A DNA stretch of 64,000 nt from Chrysomallon squamiferum (taxonomy: Eukaryota > Animalia > Mollusca), in assembly GCA_012295275.1 (NCBI GenBank), contig CM022677.1, forward strand, positions 10,912,001-10,976,000, in the 5' to 3' direction. The translations under genes and the position numbers were made by a program. This document shows, in pieces, positions 13,784 through 28,400 of the stretch. Below the pieces are notes generated by a model, which was not told the DNA's origin, made no database searches, and saw nothing but the letters and a program-made list of their open reading frames with translations. Positions within the stretch are counted from its first letter, which is position 1. The number at the start of each line of letters is the position of its first letter.

Positions 13784-16700
13784 TATAAATAATAGAAGAA
13801 TACTTAAATGATATTCCGTTATGTAAACAGAGCTATCACGTTTATTTTGTAAAACGAGCGCAGTTTACTCTATAAATCATATAAAATAATTATAAACAAG
13901 TAAAAATAAAGTGTTATTTTTAATTAAGGATACCGCTGTTTACACGAATAAATCATATAACATCACATAATTATAAGCAAGTAAAAATAAGGTTTTACTT
14001 AAGGATACCGCCACTTACACTGATAATTTTACCAGACTAAGACAGATATTTCATTAGCAACTTTCGAGGTTATAGTGAAAATATGATAACGTGTGATATT
14101 AATGTGATATTTCCCCATCGGAATTTATGTTGTGTTTACTACATTAATCAGGTCAGAATAATTTGAACTCAGCAAAAATAACGTAGTGTTTTTGTTAAGA
14201 CAATACACTATTTACATTGATAATTTTCCGCTGCTAAATTTTATATATATATATATATATTTTACGTCTCACCTAGAAATTAAAAGATGAATATCACTCC
14301 ATATATAATTCATTATTTGCTAATATTTGGCAATATAATCTCAGGTATTCAATAAACACCTGTCTAGAAAAAGAAAATCAATATTTAATTATCAATACAA
14401 TCTGAGGTACAGCTAAAAAATAATCCTGATTTTGTTAGTAACAGAGAATTGGAATCTGGAAGTCCTCTTTATTTCTGAATTTCTCAGCTATCCTTCTTGA
14501 ATGAGATCACATTCAGTTAGTTATACGACAAATTATACTGAAAATTACAGGTATGATTTCATTGTGAACCTTCAGAAATATAGATGGAACTTCAGTGTTA
14601 TGATGTTTTTATTAATAACAGTAGCTTTACATGTGATGTCAAATATATATCGCGAAATAAAGAGGGCGCATCTAGTGTGATATTTTATAAACACCAGAAC
14701 ATGTTTCACTGAAAAAGTAGGATTAACTTTACACGGCGTTATGAAAACGACACTTGAAGTTTTAACGCGCTTTCACTAGTTATATTAGACGTCATTAGTT
14801 TCTCAACAGAGGTGTAGCGGTAATATTAACACATTGTTTTGGAAAATACAGCGTCCGTTCTTTTTAAAAAAACAATGTTAGAGATTATACGTGACAAAAG
14901 AACTTTGTGTAACTAACTTGAGATACCGCTACGAAATGTCCGTTTTAGTATAAGTAACGTGATATTTTACTTTGATAATTCTAAATCGTATAACAGAAAG
15001 GTGTAAAACTGGCAGCTGTAAGTTATAATTCTATGGCGTTATGAAAATATACTGCTTAATTACCTGCAAACAGAAAAAGGTGAGAATTAATTGCTGGATG
15101 AGCGGTGATATTTACAGTTAAGTATGTTGAGAAATGTAAATGTCAGATTTTGTTAACACTCTACAGGTTACATTTAAAAGTCTGAGAGTTAATTCCCTGG
15201 ATTCACGACAGTTTTTTGATTAGCTGAGAACAAACAAGATTAACACGTTATTTTATTACGCGAAATTTTGTTTTTCTTTACATTCATTAGAAAATGTACA
15301 TTAGCGGACGTTGTATATATTTTACTATTCTGATTACACCATAACTTCTATCCGCTCCCCAGTAATTATCAGTATGTCAGTGAAATAGCATCATATTTGT
15401 CACAATCCTTGCTATATGGGATATTAAAATTATATTAATTACAGATTATCGATTATATTATTGAACAAATAATCTGGAATTTCATTCTAGGTTAACTTAC
15501 TTTTCTCAGTGGTTTTAAAAAAAAAAAATTTGGTATATTCTTAGTTACATAATTAGATAAATAAATTTTAGATAAATCATGTAATTTCATGTAGGGAGAT
15601 ATGTAAATTGTGTCGCGGAATGTCATGTTACTGCGGTCATAAAACAAAGTATCACACTGTGACACTGAAAGGTGCACAGTTAATTTTCAGTAACATCAAT
15701 ACAATAATAAATACAGTATTCATCAAGCACTTCATGTGTTTCTGTATAGTCTTATTATTGTTAATAATAAAATAACTTAGCATATGATAAGAAGGACACT
15801 GATTTTTTGGGGAAAAAACAGATGTGTTTTTCAATGTTAACTTAACTTTTGCTATCAGTATACTGAGTTGTATTCCTAATAACATTACCGAAAAAATCAT
15901 TTTTTTTTCTTTGATAACTGTACACTAATTGTACAATAATAAAAAATAAAATTTACAAACATCAGCATAATTTTAATATTAATAAAGAAGATATTCATAT
16001 TTAGATGTGGAGCGGAGATATTAAGCTTCTATCTTACGTCAACTTTACAAAGTTATTCAAAATATGAAATTATGAAAATATAACGTTAATGTCGTTTATA
16101 ATAAAATATTTCCTTTTTCTGATCCCTGAAATTTTCAGTTGTGTCGTACAAACGGCCGTAATGTGAGCTGAAGGCGTTTTTCTTTCTTATTTTTTTTTCT
16201 TTGGTTTGTTTGTAAATCAGAAAAGCAGAGATCATTTCAGTTACATACACTCAGTGATATTTACAGGTGTTGCTTAAAATCAAGAAATACTGAGATATTT
16301 TCTTTTATTTGTTAATGATCATATTAGAGTGTACTCTAATTCTCGTACAATTTGATACAATATCAGGTTTCTAAATAAAGACCAAGCATTAATTCTAAAA
16401 GCAAGGGTTCGTTTTAATATTATCACCAAAAAATATAGGAGGAAAATGTCCCTGTGTGTGTGTGTGTGTGTGTGTGTCCATGTGTATTTGTGTAAAAATG
16501 TAAAATTATCCTATTTAAATTTATTTTGTAAATATGAATGTGTAAGTAAAGTGCCTTTTGTAAACTGTGAATGCGAAATAAGGACTCAATATTTTTATTG
16601 AAATGATTTACAGTCAGCGATCAAGTGGGTTAAGAGAATTTACATTATCCTCACTTGAAGAAATCACAGTTGTTTTCACTCGAGTGTTTAAAGTAATCAT

Positions 16701-16940
16701 GTTCTATGAAAAAGGATAGATTTTCAGAGATAGGTTTGATGCTGAAGTGTGCACTTGTTTAACCAACACAGCGTGTTTTTCTGAGACTACCGCGTTCAAG
16801 ATTAATAAACTGCAATGAAAATTATAAACAACATTCACACATTTCTTCATTCGAATATTTAGATTACTGTTACAGAAATGTGTTCAAAGTTTTTGGTAGA
16901 TATGTTTATTGCGTAACAGTTCATTCAGATTTATCTTAAT
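9350..16940 (+). repeat. Segmental-duplication module (direct paralog at about 41960-47310; inverted pieces at about 59560-61930)
   Basis: 10430-10950 matches 43870-44400, 14640-15400 matches 44990-45630, 15420-15780 matches 46060-46410, and 16500-16940 matches 46680-47125. 14080-15000 is inverted at 60470-61320. Confidence 0.85.
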
Positions 16941-17756
16941 TATTCTTCGTACATTCTGAGCGGGCGCATCACGTATTAAAATATATTATTTTAGTTTCTA
17001 TTAATGTCGCCGTCGTTGCCGTCGTACAGGCATTGTTCCTAACGTAGTTATTAGTGTAGCTCTCATTATTATTCTTTGCTTTTTATCACCTAGTATTATT
17101 ATTTCTGAGCGTGCGCATCCTGTATTAAAATATATTATTAAACACATCTTTATTATTAGTGTTAGCGCTGGAGACGTTGCTGTCGAAACCCGCGTTGTCC
17201 TTCACGGCTTGGTGGACTTCTCATTATTCTTACTTTCTTACAGTGCACATCCTATTTTGGAATATACTTATTATTACTGATATTACTACTAATCTCCCAC
17301 TTCAACAATACCACTGACATTACCACTAATTTGTTTTGTTGTTGTTAATGCTGTTATCCATTATCATCTTTATATTCATTCCTATTATTAACGGACAACA
17401 GAGTTATTTCCCTTAGACTATTTAGACTATGAAATTGACTAGTATTATTAGTAGTAGCAGTAGTAGTAGTAATAGTAGTAGTATCTGGTTGTGCATTCTT
17501 GATTTATTTAATATATTTCAAATGTTTCTTTACTAAAAACTTAATATTTCTTCATTCATGCTATTCAAAGTAAAAATAAGATCAAGAATTTAAAGTTGTT
17601 ACGAAATTCCGTTTTGAGACGTGAAAATTTCTATGTTATTTATTATGATTAGAGAAAGAGAGATTTGGATTTCACTACGACTGTAAGTATGTATGTTTTC
17701 ATAAAAAATTAATTTCACTATAAAAATGTAGTAAACAAATTTCAAATGTAAATCCT

Positions 17757-18032
17757 GTTTTTATTTTTCTCACTCATTAGTATCATTTGAAATATTTTTT
17801 CTTGTTTAAGACTACTGCAGACTTGTCTGTACTTGGTGCTGCGTCTGGTCAAACATTTTTCTCACTGCTGTGACTGACTGAAAAAAGAGGCAGAACTGAA
17901 TCCAGCATGAGTTTCATGATTTCTGAATCAGTCTGGCATCAACTATCAAAACTTTGATAGCAAAAACTCAAATCTTCATCAAACTTGGCCACAGATTTTA
18001 ATTTCTGCTTTCACATGTCTCCATCAAACCAT
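17757..18032 (+). repeat. Near-identical direct copy of about 19393-19666
   Basis: ttttctcactcattagtatcatttgaaatattt..ctccatcaaaccatc occurs twice. It is absent from the paralog at 200-260. Confidence 0.9.
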
Positions 18033-18349
18033 CATATTGACACGTTATTTAAATTCACAGATATAATGATTTCTAGAGCATGGCATGTAACATCAATTCA
18101 GCTGTTTAAAAGTTTAAGTTTGTGTGTGTGCGTGTGTCTGTGTGTTTCGTCTGTCTTTAATTTGTGTTTGTTTTTGTTTTTTTATTGTTGATGTTATTGC
18201 TAACATTGTTATTATTGATATTATAGTACATAATTATTACTATTTTTATATTTGGTTGTTGATATTACTGTTATAGCTGTTGCTTTTGCTGTTGATTAAC
18301 TTTGCTTTACGTAAAGTTTTTAATTTTGTGTTGAGAGAAGAAAGCAAGT

Positions 18350-18350
<1 letters not shown>

Positions 18351-18428
<78 letters not shown>
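18351..18428. repeat. (AG)n microsatellite
   Basis: Direct inspection. Confidence 0.95.
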
Positions 18429-18431
<3 letters not shown>

Positions 18432-19439
18432 GTCGGAGACAGACATGGAGAAACAGAGACAGAGAGGCAGAGAGACAGACAGATAGAGAGACAGAGAGCA
18501 GAAAATTCAAATAATCTTATAGACCTTCTAATTAATATACTTATGAATTTATCCATTTAAATAAATTTACTTAATATAATAACAGAAGAAATTATGATTA
18601 TTACGTACGTTATTTGGGTTAATATATCAAAACAATATAAATAAGAATTATCCTCATCACAATAGAAATTTGTTTCTCCATTATGATAATGCTAGCTAAA
18701 ATTGTATAACTGGAAACAAAATAATTTATAATATTTATTTCAACAAAAATACTTTTTCATATGAAAAATATAATTTATGAAAAACTTCTAAAAATTATAA
18801 AATTTCTGATTTATCTGGTAAAACTATAATAATAAAATATACAACATGAAATAAAAAAGAATACGAAGACATTTGTTTACAAAAAATGTTTTAAATTAAT
18901 ATATAATTTGACAGACAAAGTAACCTGCAAATTACTAATTAAGTAAATTTCTAATTTCTGAGTTTATGTTCCGAACAACAAATACATGCATATATAGGTT
19001 TACATATTTCCTTCCATTTTCTATTTTATTAACATATTTTTATTGGGTAAATATTTACCACAAGTCTTATATTTGGATTACATGATTAAGCAGATTATTC
19101 TTTCAGAAAAAACAACAAAAAAAAAAAAAAACCCACTTAAAAACATGAAACAAGAAATATATTTAAGAAATAATAATATAAAACAAATAAAAAGTCTTCC
19201 TTGAAATGAACACTTTTTATTATAAAACCTTTTTTGTTTCCTTTTTTTAACCAGTAACAAATGATTTCTAAGGTCAATCATATTCATCTTCTTTTCATAT
19301 TTGTATCATAGGAATTAATCTCATGTTTTTCACCACTGTTTGAAATACACTTTGAAATAATTATCATTTTGCCTGTCATGTATTGTCTGAATGTTTTATT
19401 TTTCTCACTCATTAGTATCATTTGAAATATTTGTCTTGT

Positions 19440-19674
19440 TTAAGACTGCTGCAGACTTGTCTGTACTTGGTGCTGCGTCTGGTCAAACATTTTTCTCACT
19501 GCTGTGACTGACTGAAAAAAGAGGCAGAACTGAATCCAGCATGAGTTTCATGATTTCTGAATCAGTCTGGCATCAACTATCAAAACTTTGATAGCAAAAA
19601 CTCAAATCTTCATCAATCTTGGCCACAGATTTTAATTTCTGCTTTCACATGTCTCCATCAAACCATCCTATAAA

Positions 19675-19735
<61 letters not shown>

Positions 19736-22700
19736 AACACCACCAACAACAACGATAATAATTATGATATTAGCAGCATGAATAACAATATTAATACAAT
19801 AAAGTAACACACTCTATACATATACTTGCTGTCAGGGCTAATTCATTTACTGCTTCAAAACTTACTTATCTATATTTTGCATGAATTTAATTGAAAATAT
19901 TAAGTAGCTATTGTTCATTGAAATGGGTAGACTTTTTTTTTTTAAATCTCTTATTAAGAAATATGTAGAAATCTGACTTCCACAGTTACATCAATGACAC
20001 ACGAGAGACAGACTTTCACTGGAATTGTTTCATTCAGGATGATATTTCTACCACCTGAATCAAAGTGTATAATTACTTGTTGTCTGCCATGTCAAGTCTA
20101 CTATTTCAAATTAGTGGAACCTCAAGTCTCAGATCCTAGGTTGCTTAGGTTTGTAAATTGTAATCTTTATTGTAGAGGTATCATGTACTGTTATTTATCA
20201 TATCCATTATTGATAAAAAATGAATTTATGTAGCTATTCATGATCTTGCATTTTACCAGCTAGTGGTAACCAGTTTTCAAATGCTGTACTTGGTCACAAC
20301 CACAAACCTCTATCAATTAACTGAACAGTGTAAAAAGGAAATGTCTAAAATTGATGTAACTGGAACAATTTGAAGATTATTTTTGATTATGATTCAATTA
20401 TTCAGACACTTGAGAACACCAATAAAATACTTTTCCTCCCAGTGAATTATTAATACATTTTATTTAAGGGAAATAAATGATGTTCCATAAGCCTACTGCA
20501 AAATGTGGTCACATGGTCACTGAATAAAAATGGAGGCAAAATGTATTTCCAAGTGATAATATAAAAGATTAAAAACAAATGTAGACTAACTTTAGTAGAA
20601 AACAGTGATTATTTCATGTATCACCAGACTGCATGAACCATATGTGTGTGTGAAATACTAACAGTCTGCTGGATTCTGTTATCTGCAACCTGTTGATGAG
20701 TCCTTCCATCAACACTCTACCAGTCAAAGTTTCTCTTGTGAGATCTCATGTATCAAAGTTATACAAAAACTAGACTGTAAAATACACCAACACTGACACC
20801 TGTAAATATTAACAGTAAAATAAATTTCAAATTTAAATTCTTCTAAACACACACACACACACATGCACACACCTCACAGAATGAAAACAAAAGTGCAACA
20901 GAAAATATTTGTTTTTAGAATCTGATGTAGTAAACAAATATTTGTGACCATCCAGCACAAAATGGGTTCCTTTCATAAAGTTTACATTTTATGTTTTTAA
21001 CTTTTCTAGATGAGCTTTGTCTTAGCAGTGAAAATTATATAAAAATTAAAATGTAGTTTCTGAGATATTAGTGATTGAACATTCTAACATTTAAAGACAA
21101 TGAGGATTGTTAAAACATTTTCCATACCAACAACTATCTTAATTTCATTACTGAAACTACACAATGTGATATCTGACTCATATCATGCTGGCTAGTCACG
21201 TTTGATGTTTCTTAAAAATTAACATACTACTGTACTATTTAATTTCTTATTAGTTTAAAAATTATTATTACAATAAATAATCGAAAGATGCGCTAATAAA
21301 AAGAACTGTAAAATAAATTTTAAGTTTGTGATTTAATAAAAGAAAGAAACAAAACTCAGATGAACTGGTCACCTGTAGACTGCACACACAACACACCAGC
21401 TCTGCATGTCAGAGTACAAGTCTGTGTGTAAAATAAAGTTTAAGTTTGTGAATTAATAAAACAAAGAAACAAAACTCAGATGAACTGGTCACCTGTAGAC
21501 TGCACACACAACACACCAGCTCTGCATGTCAGAGTACAAGTCTGTGTGTAAAATAAAGTTTAAGTTTGTGAATTAATAAAACAAAGAAACAAAACTCAGA
21601 TGAACTGGTCACCTGTAGACTGCACACACAACACACCAGATCTGCATGTCAGAGTACGAGTCTGGAAAATTCTCCCTCATCTTCTACCATTAGCACTTGT
21701 GTGACCTTTTTCTCTTTTCTAAAAGTGTGAAACTGTTTTGAGATAAATCCCTTTACCATGATTAACACATTATTTTTATTATGTACAAGCAGTTTCAAAC
21801 TTAAATAAGCATGTTAAATACTGCAACTTTTTTTCCTACATTAATTAATAGTTTTACATTAAAGGGAAGTGCAAAAGGTTAATTATAAAATTTTTACTTC
21901 TTCAAAAATTAAGAACTAAAATGAACAAAATATTTTTTTTTACTAAAACTTTATAGAGCTGTCCCACAATTAACAATTGACCATAAAACCCAATATATTA
22001 TAATTTAGAACATTCACTTTTCTTTTGAAAACCAAGTTATTGTCATAAACACAATTAAAAACTAATTCTTTGCTTGGATATGTATACCATTTTAAATGAG
22101 ATAATAAGAATAACAAAAAAATAAAAACTATTTAAAAATCTGTTTTTACAAAATACAACATTCATAAATGATGAATTGCTGCTATCATTTTACTGTTACT
22201 GACTGTTATCTCTGTCAATAGAATAACATTAAAACTATTTTTCTGAAGAATCTAAATCAAATACAACAAGGTGTAACAAAGTACCTGATGTAAATGAAGA
22301 TCTTATAACAGAGCTGGGATCCTTCCTCCAGTTTGTTCAGATTGTAGTCAGCCAATGATTCACCAGAAATCTTCACAGTCAGGTAGACTTGTAGTATCTC
22401 ACACCAGAGAACTGTGTGAAATAAGAAAAATATGTGATATAGAGACATTTAAAAAACAATCATATTTAGCCATCATCACAGAAGCCATAAAACAAATATT
22501 TATAATAATAACAATAATAAAAAATAAATAACAATAATGATGATGATGATTAAAAACAGATAAATAAGTTATAATAATAATAATGATGACAGTAACAAGA
22601 AAAACAATAAACTGCAATCATAAATAAATAAATAATCCATTTAATGAAGGACCCTGTTCTATAATAAAGGTTATTTCATGATTTTATCTTCTCATTTTTT

Positions 22701-25475
22701 TCATTATTTTCCCCATTCCTTGACTTTGAAGACTACTTAATTACTGCATACATACATTAAATTCCTCATAAATGTTACACTGAAATAAAACTTTTGCCAC
22801 ACACCAGAGGAAAGTGATTTCAGCTTTTTTTTCAGATAATCCTCACAGGTTCCTTCTTGATAAAACAAAATTGGCATCTATGAAAAGAAAAAATCAGAAC
22901 AAAAAATTGTATCTGATCATTCCTTGAAGCTAAACTTTATATCAAACAACATTTATAATTAAAATAAAACATATATCTGTGATACTTAAGGACTGTCATT
23001 CTTATAAACTAAATACAAATTAAAAAAACAAAAACCTCTAACCTCTGAATCCAGTGAAAATCACATCACCAATAGCAGATCAAAATGCTGAAGAAGGATT
23101 TCCACTTTCAACAACAAGTAGTCACAGTTTCTGAAATATTGAACATAGAAAAAACTGAGTTGTATAAGCATATAACAAAATACAGGCATAAAAATACAAT
23201 AAATGGTTATAGTAAAAAAACATTTATCTAATTATATATTTCTCTACATAAACTATTTAAATAAACCTATTTAACAATAAAAAGAAAAAAAAATTCCTGA
23301 CTATAAGACAGTTATCTCTCTATTATTTGAAATGTTAGAGATCATACATTACTTTACTTTTCATATTACAGAAACACAGGCAAGGAAATTCTAATGCTGT
23401 GTAAATGAATAAATACACATATTATTTAGTATATCAATACATTTTCTTTGTGGAAATTTCTTACAAATCCCCAGTTGGAAATGAAGCTCAGATTATTTGC
23501 ATATAATGGATGCATATAAATAATCATAACCATAATGCAAAATAGATTAAATTATCAAGTTATGAACTAAACCAAGTAAAACTATCTAAAACATTTTAAC
23601 ATTCTGAATATAACAATATCTGTGTCTTAATCTTATATGTGGCTCTTACTACAGAAATGGGGTTTATGGTCTTTCTGACAAGCCTAGCTCCAGTTTCTTC
23701 AGTACACTCCTGTACCTCATCATGCAGCTTGAAGACTTTGTAACCTACTTAAACACTGCACAATCTGATCAGACTGAGTGAATGTACACTCTGATCTTAC
23801 AATGGTAAGCCCTGTTTCTGCAGTCAGAACCACACATAACAATAACAACCCATTTTTCCAGTTAAAGGACACAACTGATTCATACGTTTGTCAATGTACA
23901 GCCAGCTTTACAATCTCATCAACCAGTGACAGTGAGTCTTCTGATTCCTCACTGATCAAAAAGTCAAGTGGAAAGCTTTCCCTGCAGCACAGTGTATTCA
24001 TTCTTCCTAAGACCAATCACTTGTTCAAGATGAATCTAACATGGTCAGATTGTCTCGACATCCACAGACAGTGATGTGAAACACCATCAGTAAACATGGG
24101 ATTTGTTCATTTACACACACAGCAATGTCAGACTCAGTCTGCTAATACAAAGACTCCTGGAAGAAGTTTATTCAATAAAATACAATCAAAAATATGTTTT
24201 GTTGTTGTGTTTGTATGATGTCCAAGACTGTGCTCATTAAGATTTTTAAGACACTATATAAAAAGTTTAGAACAATCTGTTACCACTACTGTCTTCTGAT
24301 CAAAGTGTTTTCTGACTTCTAGAGGCACTGTTTTTCAGGATTAATGTAAAATGGTATATGTCCTTTACCTCACCTTGACATTGACCTACATAATTTTCAA
24401 TTATCCTTGTGTTAATGGAGATCATACTGAAATTACACTTACTGGTTCATCTGGTGTTGGGATTCAGAGAAACGGTGGCTTCCAGTTATCTCCCCTTGAC
24501 TGGAAATACATCAGCTGTGGTGGGAGATGTTTGAGGAGGTTTCCTAGGCTTTGTTGGAGATGTTGTCCTCTTTCTGGGAGTCTCGTCTCTTTCCTCTGCT
24601 TTTCAATGATTTAAGTGTTTTTCTTTGGCTGGTTTTACCTCAGCTGGCATTAAAGGTTCAAATTTTTCTCCATGATCACTGACATTTGACTGTTGAGACT
24701 GGACACCTGGTGTAACACTCTTCAACTTCATGCTGTCAGAACCGTTGTAGTTCAACATGGTTGGCTGCAGTGTTGGTGGGTCTCAAGGTCACTAACATTG
24801 AGCTGCTCATCGGTAAAACTTTCACACAACATTAACCAAGAAAGTGGACAACTCACTGGTCTGATTCTGATTGGTGGGTGACTTGTCTGAGTAGATAAAT
24901 AAATAAATAAACAAATCAATAAATCTCTCAATAAATCTCTCAATAAAATACTGAATCAAATATTAAATAAATAAACAAACAATCAAATAAACAAATCAAA
25001 TATTAAATAAAGTATTAATCAGTTTTCTTTCTTTTTCCCCCAATTCAACAAAGAAATCTATTATTTTATACTGTTATTGTTATAATTACTACAACAAAAA
25101 CAACAACTGCTACTACTACTACAACTACTGCTCCTGTTACCACATAACAATTTCTCAATTAACTGTTATATACTAATTACTATTAGTACTGCTACTACTA
25201 CAACTAGTAATATGACTACAGCTAGTATTTTTCTGACCATTAGTCCCACACGATACATTATGATCACAAAGCATCATCAGCTAAAATATCACTGCAAACA
25301 AGAACTATTATTATCAAGTACTTATGCTATAACAACTACAACAATGGGTTGTACTACTATTACTGCTATTACTATAACAACAACAACAACCTCTGCAGAT
25401 GCTCCTGTTTCTACCAGGTTAGTAGATTCTTTGATGACATTTCTGTGCTGTGGCAACCTCACAGAAGCAGTTTCT
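19440..25475 (-). pseudogene. Decayed multi-exon gene, copy 2
   Basis: Exon-like blocks at about 24370-24887 (homologous to 7070-7290), 23650-24156 (a long frame broken mostly by TGA stops), 23043-23130, 22790-22877, 22284-22411 and 20590-20799. Confidence 0.5.
21308..21664. repeat. 120-bp tandem repeat, 3 copies
   Basis: tgaactggtcacctgtagactgcacacacaacacaccag starts at 21361, 21481 and 21601. Confidence 0.95.
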
Positions 25476-28400
25476 GAAAAACACCAGTCTTTTATTTATT
25501 TATTTATTTATTTGTACTTATCTAACATATTTCTCTTTCTGCAGATACATATATTTATAACTAATGTTTTATTCTGATATATTTTTTTTTGGAAACTACT
25601 AAATTTCGAAATATATTAAGTTCTTAGAATCACCAAATTACAGTAAAAACAAAGGCAAAACTAATGTTTAAACTTTCAAATCAAAACAAAATAAAGTAGA
25701 ATGTATTCTGGCAAGTTCAAAAGAAAACAAAAAATGATTATTTGTTGTTTTAACGCACACCCATTTTTCATATATGAGACACCTTACCCAGACTACACAG
25801 TTTAAAATGTGAGTTCTAAACTTTGTCATTTTATTTGGTGCATTAACATAAATAAATTAAGAAGAAAGAAAAGGTAGGGGAGGCGGAAATAACAACACCG
25901 TTTATTTGACAAAAGAACCACATCTATTTATAATTAGTACGTATATTTTAATAAAGGTTATTATATTCCTTTATTTGTTTTATTTGCATTGAACTTTTTT
26001 TTTAGTATAGTATTTGCGGAAAAATGCGTGATGATTGCCGGTCTTTAGGGATTTACAGTTTTATTTGATGTTCGAAGAATCTTACACAGAATTGCCACAT
26101 GATGGCTGCTATCTTGTTCGAGAACAATAATTATATATACATAAAAAATAAACAGTGTCAGAAATTTTGTAGATAATCAGATGTAAATCTTGAAACTAGA
26201 TGCCTTCAGCTGTTATTCATTATTACAAAAATACAGATAAATTACATAGTTTTATAGTTTGAATTTAAAGTAACAATGGATTCTCTGAACAGCATCATGA
26301 CTGAGAGACCAAGCAGAAATGATCTCCTTTAGTGAAGACGAAACAAAATTTATTTTCCTAAAATCTGAATATTTCCACATTGTTTGACTGATGTATAAGA
26401 TACAACGTGAACTAAAACTGGATATAACTGAAATTTGTCATGTTGACTTATATCTTCAACACAGTGAGGTCTCCTAAAAAAGAAAAAAGAAAAACATTTT
26501 ATTGTGAAATTAAGTGGAGGCATTGTAGTATTTTAGGCAATATTGAAATCTGTCTTCTCTCTTTTACACAGATTCATTCAAAGACTTGCAGATTATTCAA
26601 ATATAAGGAAGACATTTATCAGTTTAGCTAAATCTTATGTAAAGCTGTCTCTTTGCTGCTGCAAAGGTCAACTCATTTTTGTAATCTTAATTTCCTTCCT
26701 TGAAAGGGTTTTCCTCAGTTGTGTTTCTGTTTTGCTATTATTTTCTAAAAAAAACAACAATATCATGATGTATTATATATATTCAGCTTCATTTTCATAT
26801 TTGTTTCTAGATATGTGAACAACTGAGAAATGACAGACAAGTTTATAGTTTCCTTTATACTCTGCCAAATTTCATAACGAAATAAATGAACTAACAGCTA
26901 CTTAAATTGGGAAATTAATAATTAAACAGTGAGGTACATCTGAGTTATTTAGTGCAATTAATTAAAATTTGTTAATTTCTGCATCATGCTTTAAAATACT
27001 GTAATAAAAATAACAGTTTTGTGGATAATACTGTAGAGCTTTAGAAATCATCATTTTGATATAAAACGTGTGTATACTGGTTTGAAACTGTATGAGATAT
27101 TCAGTATTCTGTTTCCCAAATGACTGAAACGAATCTCAGATTTTCCACAGATTATGAAGGAAAAATACCAAGCAAATTTTATTTAGATAAAAATTCGTTA
27201 CTTCCTTCACATCAATCATGATATTTTCGAGTGATTTTAATCTCCTTTTTATTTTTTATTTTTATTTTTTTCTTGTCATTGTATAGTTATAAGTTATATA
27301 GTTTAAAAGATAATTATATTTTTGAAAATACTATTACACAGCTGCTAAATAAAATTATATAATAATTTAAATGAAAAGCAAAATATAACTGATTACTCTG
27401 TTGAGTGATCAATAAAAATGCAGCAAAATTTCTGAAGAAAAAAATTACACTCGAGTCTTGTGACAAGATTCTACATCGTATTGTTTAATAATTCATTATC
27501 GGTTATCTGCCCTTGAAAACTTTCCATAAAGCAGACGTCGAAACATTTTACAAACTAAATTACAAACATGTACTCCAAAGTATATAAAGAATAAAAAAAA
27601 AAAAAAAAAAAAAAAAACATTTCATACCTGTATATATAAAGAAATCAACTCTTCATGATTCTTAGAATCTACATTTAACTGAGAAAAACCATAAATAACA
27701 AATACCGCAAATAAAAGTAGAAATCCAGCATCCCCCCGAAATAAAAAATTATATGAGAGTAATCTCCCTTCAGCTGTAGTTTCTTTCTTTCTTCTGTTTG
27801 TGGCGTTCTCGTCATTGCACACCACAGAAAATCGCTGATAACGAAACGTCGTATAAAGCTGTATAATGAGTAATAAACGTAAATGTGTAGATACGTTCCA
27901 GGAATATCAATTTACATACTATAAACAATACACCGTATCTATCAATTTATGTGATAAATAACTAAAATATAAACAATAAAAATAAATACAGTGGACGCTG
28001 TCAAAACCGGATGATTCATTGAGACCAACGTGATATACCGTTTTAGACAGAGTGCAGATTTCTAAAGACTAAAATAACATAAAACTGGAATATTTTATTA
28101 TTACAAATGTTAATGGTCTATCAGTTGTCAGAGGATGAAAAGTCTGTCATTGATGACTGTTAGTAGAATAAAATGTACGTGAATTTATCAGTATTTTTTA
28201 TGAAGCAAAATAGAGGAAAATATTATAAAACATCACGTTATTTTCACTCAATATCAATTTATAATAAAAACGTCGCTGGTTTTATGTATTAACGTGAAGT
28301 AATGTAATCTGTTCTGCTGTTAATCAAATATCACATTTATATGGATCTGACCTTTTATTTTATAGTGGCATTCAGTGATGAACTTCCAAATTCAAAAATA

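Noticed and set aside
23650-24156. Schlafen-like similarity of the repaired minus-strand exon
   Set aside because: Only a vague by-eye resemblance, with no SWADL or Walker A motif found. It needs a profile search.
27622-27825. 67-aa ORF conserved in two copies (also 40249-40452)
   Set aside because: The conservation only reflects the recent inverted duplication. It starts at GTG and shows no recognisable domain.
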